Assembly: GCA_946410555.1 (NCBI GenBank)
Contig: CAMKAT010000001.1
Coordinates: 47,108-111,107, forward strand
DNA length: 64,000 bases
Direction: 5' to 3'
Source: an uncultured Bacillales bacterium
Lineage (GTDB): Bacteria; Bacillota_I; Bacilli_A; RF39; UBA660
Positions 60,442 to 64,000 of the stretch are shown here, one piece after another. Under the pieces are notes generated by a model that ran no database searches, had not been told where the DNA came from, and saw only the letters and a list, made by a program, of their open reading frames with translations. The translations under genes and the position numbers were made by a program. Numbering within the stretch: position 1 is the first letter of the stretch; every line of letters starts with the position of its first letter.

Positions 60442-60540
60442 AAGAATAACTTAGGTTATTCTTTTTTTAGTTGTATTGTATAATTTACTCATTTTCAGTA
60501 TAATTATATTTGTAGAATAATGGAGTAAAGAAGGGTGATT

Positions 60541-62595
60541 ATGAATACTAATGCAACAATACTTGTTATCAGTTTTATATTTATTTTCATAACATCAGTT
60601 CTTTATTTCACTAAGAAAAAAGTCCTAGATAAAGAGAATGTATTTTTATCTATTCTTTTAATAATAAGTCTTTTCTGTTTAGGTTTTGAATACTTAAACA
60701 TTACTTTTATAAATAGTAATACAATTGGATTTCCATCGATTATCCATAATACATATGAAATATTTTTAATAATATGGATTACTATATTTTTCTTATATTA
60801 TATAACTTTAATAATACCTTCGGATGATAAAAAATCATTATCTACGATACTGGTAGAAACAGGGGTTTTATTCATTTATCTTTTAGCAGTAGCAGTAATA
60901 ATTACTTTAATTCCATCTAATTTAGTGATGGGTAAAGAATTGTTCTATGAGTCAGGAAAAAGAATATTCTTTATTATATTTATAGTATGTTTTTATATGT
61001 TATATCTAGATATAAATATATTCTTAAATAAAGATAAGAATATAAGAAAATTACTTCCATTAATAACTTTTCAATTGCTATTTTTCTCTGGAATAATAGT
61101 TAGAAAATATGTATTATCTCCAGAGCAAATAATGCCATCATTTGTTATTTCGCTTGTAGTACTTATTATGACTAATACAATTGAAAATCAAGATTTAAAA
61201 TTTATTACTGAGTTATCAGTAGCCAAACAAGAAACTGAAAAAGCTACTCGAGCTAAATCAGACTTCTTATCAAGTATGTCACATGAAATAAGAACTCCTT
61301 TGAATGCAATCATAGGATTATCAGAAGTCATTGCTGAAGAAGATGTAAGTGATTCAGTTAGAAAAGAACTTAAAGATATTAATTATGCTTCTCAAACTCT
61401 TCTAGAAATCGTGGGAAACATCCTAGATATCAACAAAATTGAATCTAATAAGATAGAAATTCAAAATATGAATTATTATCCAAATGAAATAGTTAATGAA
61501 CTTCTTAAGATGAATAAAGTAAGAATCGGAGATAAAGATATTAAGTTAGAATCTCATATCTCACCAGATGTTCCTTATGAACTTGTTGGTGATAAAATTC
61601 ATATTAAACAAATTATTAATAATCTTTTAAGTAATGCTATTAAATATACTGATAAAGGATCAGTATCACTTAACTTATTTGCTAAGAATGATGGCTTTGT
61701 ATGTCACTTAATTATTCAAGTCGTAGATACGGGTAAGGGAATTAAGATTAGTGATTATAATAAATTATTTAATAAGTTTGAAAGATTAGATACAGAGATT
61801 AATTCTACAATCGAAGGTTCTGGTTTAGGACTTGCAATTACAAAAAGATTAGTTCAACTTCTTAATGGATCGATCAGAGTAAAAAGTACTTTTGGAGAAG
61901 GTTCTATCTTTGAAGTAGAAATACCTCAATCAATAAGTATGATGATTAATCCAAAACAAGTTGAATTAGAATATAGAATTGAGCAAATTGAATCAGGTGA
62001 ATATGAACTTAATAAAGCTTCAATTAAGAAAATACTTCTTTGTGATGATTCTCAAATCAATTTAAGAATTGCAACATCACATTTAAAAGGAGAATTTTTA
62101 AAAATAGATACTTGTTTATCTGGTAGAGATGCTATTGAATTAGCTCGTAAGAATCATTATGATTTAATCTTCTTAGATTTAAAAATGCCTAACATGGATG
62201 GATTTAAAACTTTAGATGAACTAAAACGAATCAAAGGATTTAATACACCAGTAATTGCATTCACAGCAGTCGAAGAAGATGTAGAATCAACTTGTTTAAA
62301 TGCAGGCTTCTCAGGATTCTTGATTAAACCATTCTCTAAAGAACAAATAGTTAATAAAGTAAATGAATATACTAGTAACTATAAAGAACTTAGAAATAAT
62401 TTCAAAACTGAAACTATTGAAAAAGAAGATGAAGGTTTAACTAATAAAAAAGAGTCAGTAGAAATAGAACCACTTAAACCAGTCGTAGATATTAAACCAC
62501 AAGTTATTAATGATACACCTGTAGTTCAAATACCAAAATCTACACCTAATGAAAGCACTATTCAACCAAGTATTAATTTTGATAAGAAAGAGTAA
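60541..62595 (+). CDS. Hybrid sensor histidine kinase: 7-TM sensor domain, HisKA, HATPase and a C-terminal receiver
   Basis: H-box SHEIRTPLNAIIG; N, G1 and G2 boxes (NAIKYTD, DTGKGI, GSGLGLAI); receiver with DD...D...K (ILLCDDSQ, FLDLKMP). Confidence 0.8.
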   Translation: MNTNATILVISFIFIFITSVLYFTKKKVLDKENVFLSILLIISLFCLGFEYLNITFINSNTIGFPSIIHNTYEIFLIIWITIFFLYYITLIIPSDDKKSLSTILVETGVLFIYLLAVAVIITLIPSNLVMGKELFYESGKRIFFIIFIVCFYMLYLDINIFLNKDKNIRKLLPLITFQLLFFSGIIVRKYVLSPEQIMPSFVISLVVLIMTNTIENQDLKFITELSVAKQETEKATRAKSDFLSSMSHEIRTPLNAIIGLSEVIAEEDVSDSVRKELKDINYASQTLLEIVGNILDINKIESNKIEIQNMNYYPNEIVNELLKMNKVRIGDKDIKLESHISPDVPYELVGDKIHIKQIINNLLSNAIKYTDKGSVSLNLFAKNDGFVCHLIIQVVDTGKGIKISDYNKLFNKFERLDTEINSTIEGSGLGLAITKRLVQLLNGSIRVKSTFGEGSIFEVEIPQSISMMINPKQVELEYRIEQIESGEYELNKASIKKILLCDDSQINLRIATSHLKGEFLKIDTCLSGRDAIELARKNHYDLIFLDLKMPNMDGFKTLDELKRIKGFNTPVIAFTAVEEDVESTCLNAGFSGFLIKPFSKEQIVNKVNEYTSNYKELRNNFKTETIEKEDEGLTNKKESVEIEPLKPVVDIKPQVINDTPVVQIPKSTPNESTIQPSINFDKKE

Positions 62596-62654
62596 AACTG
62601 TTATAAAAAAATAAAAGTTTTACTTTTTTTGTTTTATAATATATATGTGATATT

Positions 62655-63392
62655 ATGAAAAATAAAGGCTCAAGTATAATAATTTTATTTTTATGTATAT
62701 TATTAATTATATGCATTTATATATTTATAAATAGTGAATCTTCATTAGGAAGTAGTGATACAACAACTACAACTACAACTGTAACTACTACAAGTGAGAC
62801 AATTTATAATAATGATTCAATTCCGGATTATACAGGTAGTGCATATATTGCAATAAATGAAAATAAACCAAACTTTATTGATAGTGATTATAGTACAACT
62901 TCATTTGAAACTTATAGTCCTTTAGATAGCTTAGGCAGATGTGGAGTTGCTTATGCAAACATCGGTGTTGATTTAATGCCAACTGAAAAAAGAGGTAGTA
63001 TATCAAATGTTAAACCATCAGGATGGCAATCAGTTAAATATGATAATGTTCCTGGTAAATATTTATATAATAGATGTCATTTAATTGGTTATCAATTAAC
63101 CGGAGAAAATGATAATGAAAAGAATTTAATTACTTGTACTAGATTTATGAATGCTTCTACGATGTTATATTTTGAAGACTTAACTGCAGATTATATTAAG
63201 AAAACAAATAATCATGTATTGTATAGAGTAACACCTGTATATACAGATGATGATTTAGTAGCTAAAGGAGTTCAAATGGAAATATCTTCAGTGGAAGATA
63301 AATGTTCATCTCTTTGCTATAATGTATTTGTATATAATGTTCAAGATGGAATAAAAATAGATTATAAAACAGGTTTATCTGAAAGGAGTTAA
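62655..63392 (+). CDS. Secreted or membrane-anchored DNA/RNA non-specific endonuclease (EndA / DNA-entry-nuclease-like)
   Basis: Signal anchor, poly-Thr linker, catalytic region NRCHLIGYQL (RGH-type nuclease motif) and C-terminal domain. Confidence 0.6.
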   Translation: MKNKGSSIIILFLCILLIICIYIFINSESSLGSSDTTTTTTTVTTTSETIYNNDSIPDYTGSAYIAINENKPNFIDSDYSTTSFETYSPLDSLGRCGVAYANIGVDLMPTEKRGSISNVKPSGWQSVKYDNVPGKYLYNRCHLIGYQLTGENDNEKNLITCTRFMNASTMLYFEDLTADYIKKTNNHVLYRVTPVYTDDDLVAKGVQMEISSVEDKCSSLCYNVFVYNVQDGIKIDYKTGLSERS

Positions 63393-63394
63393 TT

Positions 63395-64000
63395 ATGATT
63401 AAATATATCGATATTATAGCTATTATTTTATTTGTTCTTTATTCTTTAATTTTCTTTAAAATGAACAAAAAGAAAAAGAATAAAAAGAAAGGTTTAGTTA
63501 AATATATTAAAGTAATATTAGTATTCCTAATTATTATTGGAATGATTCATGTTCTTGCATCAATCGGTCATAAAGAAAATAAGGAAGAAGGTAAAACTAC
63601 TACAACTACAAACGAAGTAGTAACTAATGATATTGAAGAGTCAACTACAACTGAAGTAACTATAACTTCAACTACAACAACTGCAAGAAATACAAGTGGT
63701 ACTTTTGCCAAGATTAATCATGACTTAAGTGGGTCCGAAGATAGAGGTAAAACATCTAAAGGATATTCTATTCAAGTTAAGAATGGAATTACTTATATTG
63801 ATGGATATATGGTAGCTAATAAAACATATTCTTTACCTTCATCATTTAATCCTGGAAAACTAGATTCAGTTGTTTCTAGTGCAGCAGATAAAATGTTTGC
63901 AGCTGCTAAAAGTGAAAAGGGTTATAAGATGTGGGCACAATCAGGATTCAGATCTTATTCAACTCAAGAAAGTATTTATAATAGATATGTAAGTAATGAT
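63395..64000 (+). CDS. D-alanyl-D-alanine carboxypeptidase (VanY/peptidase M15B-like); partial, continues beyond the window
   Basis: N-terminal TM, Thr-rich linker, SGFRSYSTQ motif; the ORF is open to the window end. Confidence 0.6.
   Translation, partial: MIKYIDIIAIILFVLYSLIFFKMNKKKKNKKKGLVKYIKVILVFLIIIGMIHVLASIGHKENKEEGKTTTTTNEVVTNDIEESTTTEVTITSTTTTARNTSGTFAKINHDLSGSEDRGKTSKGYSIQVKNGITYIDGYMVANKTYSLPSSFNPGKLDSVVSSAADKMFAAAKSEKGYKMWAQSGFRSYSTQESIYNRYVSND

Larger units (their letters stand above)
58796..60472 (+). repeat. Tandem duplication: two copies of terminator, promoter, RBS and pilin gene
   Basis: Intergenic 58807-58890 and 59620-59712 are near-identical (AGAATAACTTTACGTTATTCT terminator; ACTTGAGTAAAA...AAGAGGTAGGTTTATATG). 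The coding 5' ends are near-identical and the mid-gene regions diverge. Confidence 0.8.

Noticed and set aside
1-64000. Search for CRISPR arrays, tRNA or rRNA genes, transposases, integrases and phage genes
   Set aside because: No direct-repeat arrays, no GC-rich structured RNA-sized islands apart from the two T-box leaders and the rpsD leader, and no recombinase or transposase motifs were seen in any frame.

Overview
This is a low-GC (AT-rich) Firmicutes-type chromosomal segment, with Erysipelotrichia- or Clostridia-like codon usage and lysine-rich protein tails. Genes are densely packed, mostly on the + strand, and I see no transposase, integrase, CRISPR array, rRNA or tRNA. Recognisable housekeeping genes include a translationally coupled heterodimeric ABC exporter pair, two RNase J paralogues, rpsD, a GH31 glycosidase, T-box-controlled leuS and tyrS, a dnaB(helicase-loader)-dnaI pair, trmB, a ytxG/ytxH-like pair, murT-gatD divergent from ftsA-ftsZ, a P-type ATPase, an LCP protein, rpsP plus a KH protein, CIRCE-preceded htpG, yidD, a LemA protein, an SDR and a VanY-like carboxypeptidase cut by the window end. 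Three accessory-looking loci deserve a second look. (i) 24.1-28.4 kb: a surface protein, two TadE/F-like paralogues, an Flp-like Cys-rich mini-pilin, a TadZ/CpaE-like receiver plus pseudo-ATPase and a small Cys-tailed membrane protein, with no secretion ATPase, platform protein or prepilin peptidase. (ii) 51.8-57.8 kb: an amidoligase_2-like protein with a 487-aa helical unknown, a Cys-cluster FAD protein, a DUF4186-like Cys-rich protein and two coupled unknowns. (iii) 57.8-63.4 kb: three tandem type IV pilins with unusually long poly-lysine leaders (two are a recent tandem duplicate including terminator and promoter), then a 7TM hybrid histidine kinase and an EndA-like secreted nuclease. Smaller oddities are listed in the findings: a 3-TM ORF inserted between a Leu T-box and leuS, an RNase J paralogue with a degenerate HxHxDH motif, a Cys-to-Thr PTS-EIIB-like domain protein, TGDE sortase-like sorting signals, and an identical 17-aa K/T/A tail on two unrelated proteins. 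Several ORF-track starts are GTG/TTG codons sitting inside ribosome-binding sites or T-box motifs. I corrected those starts below.
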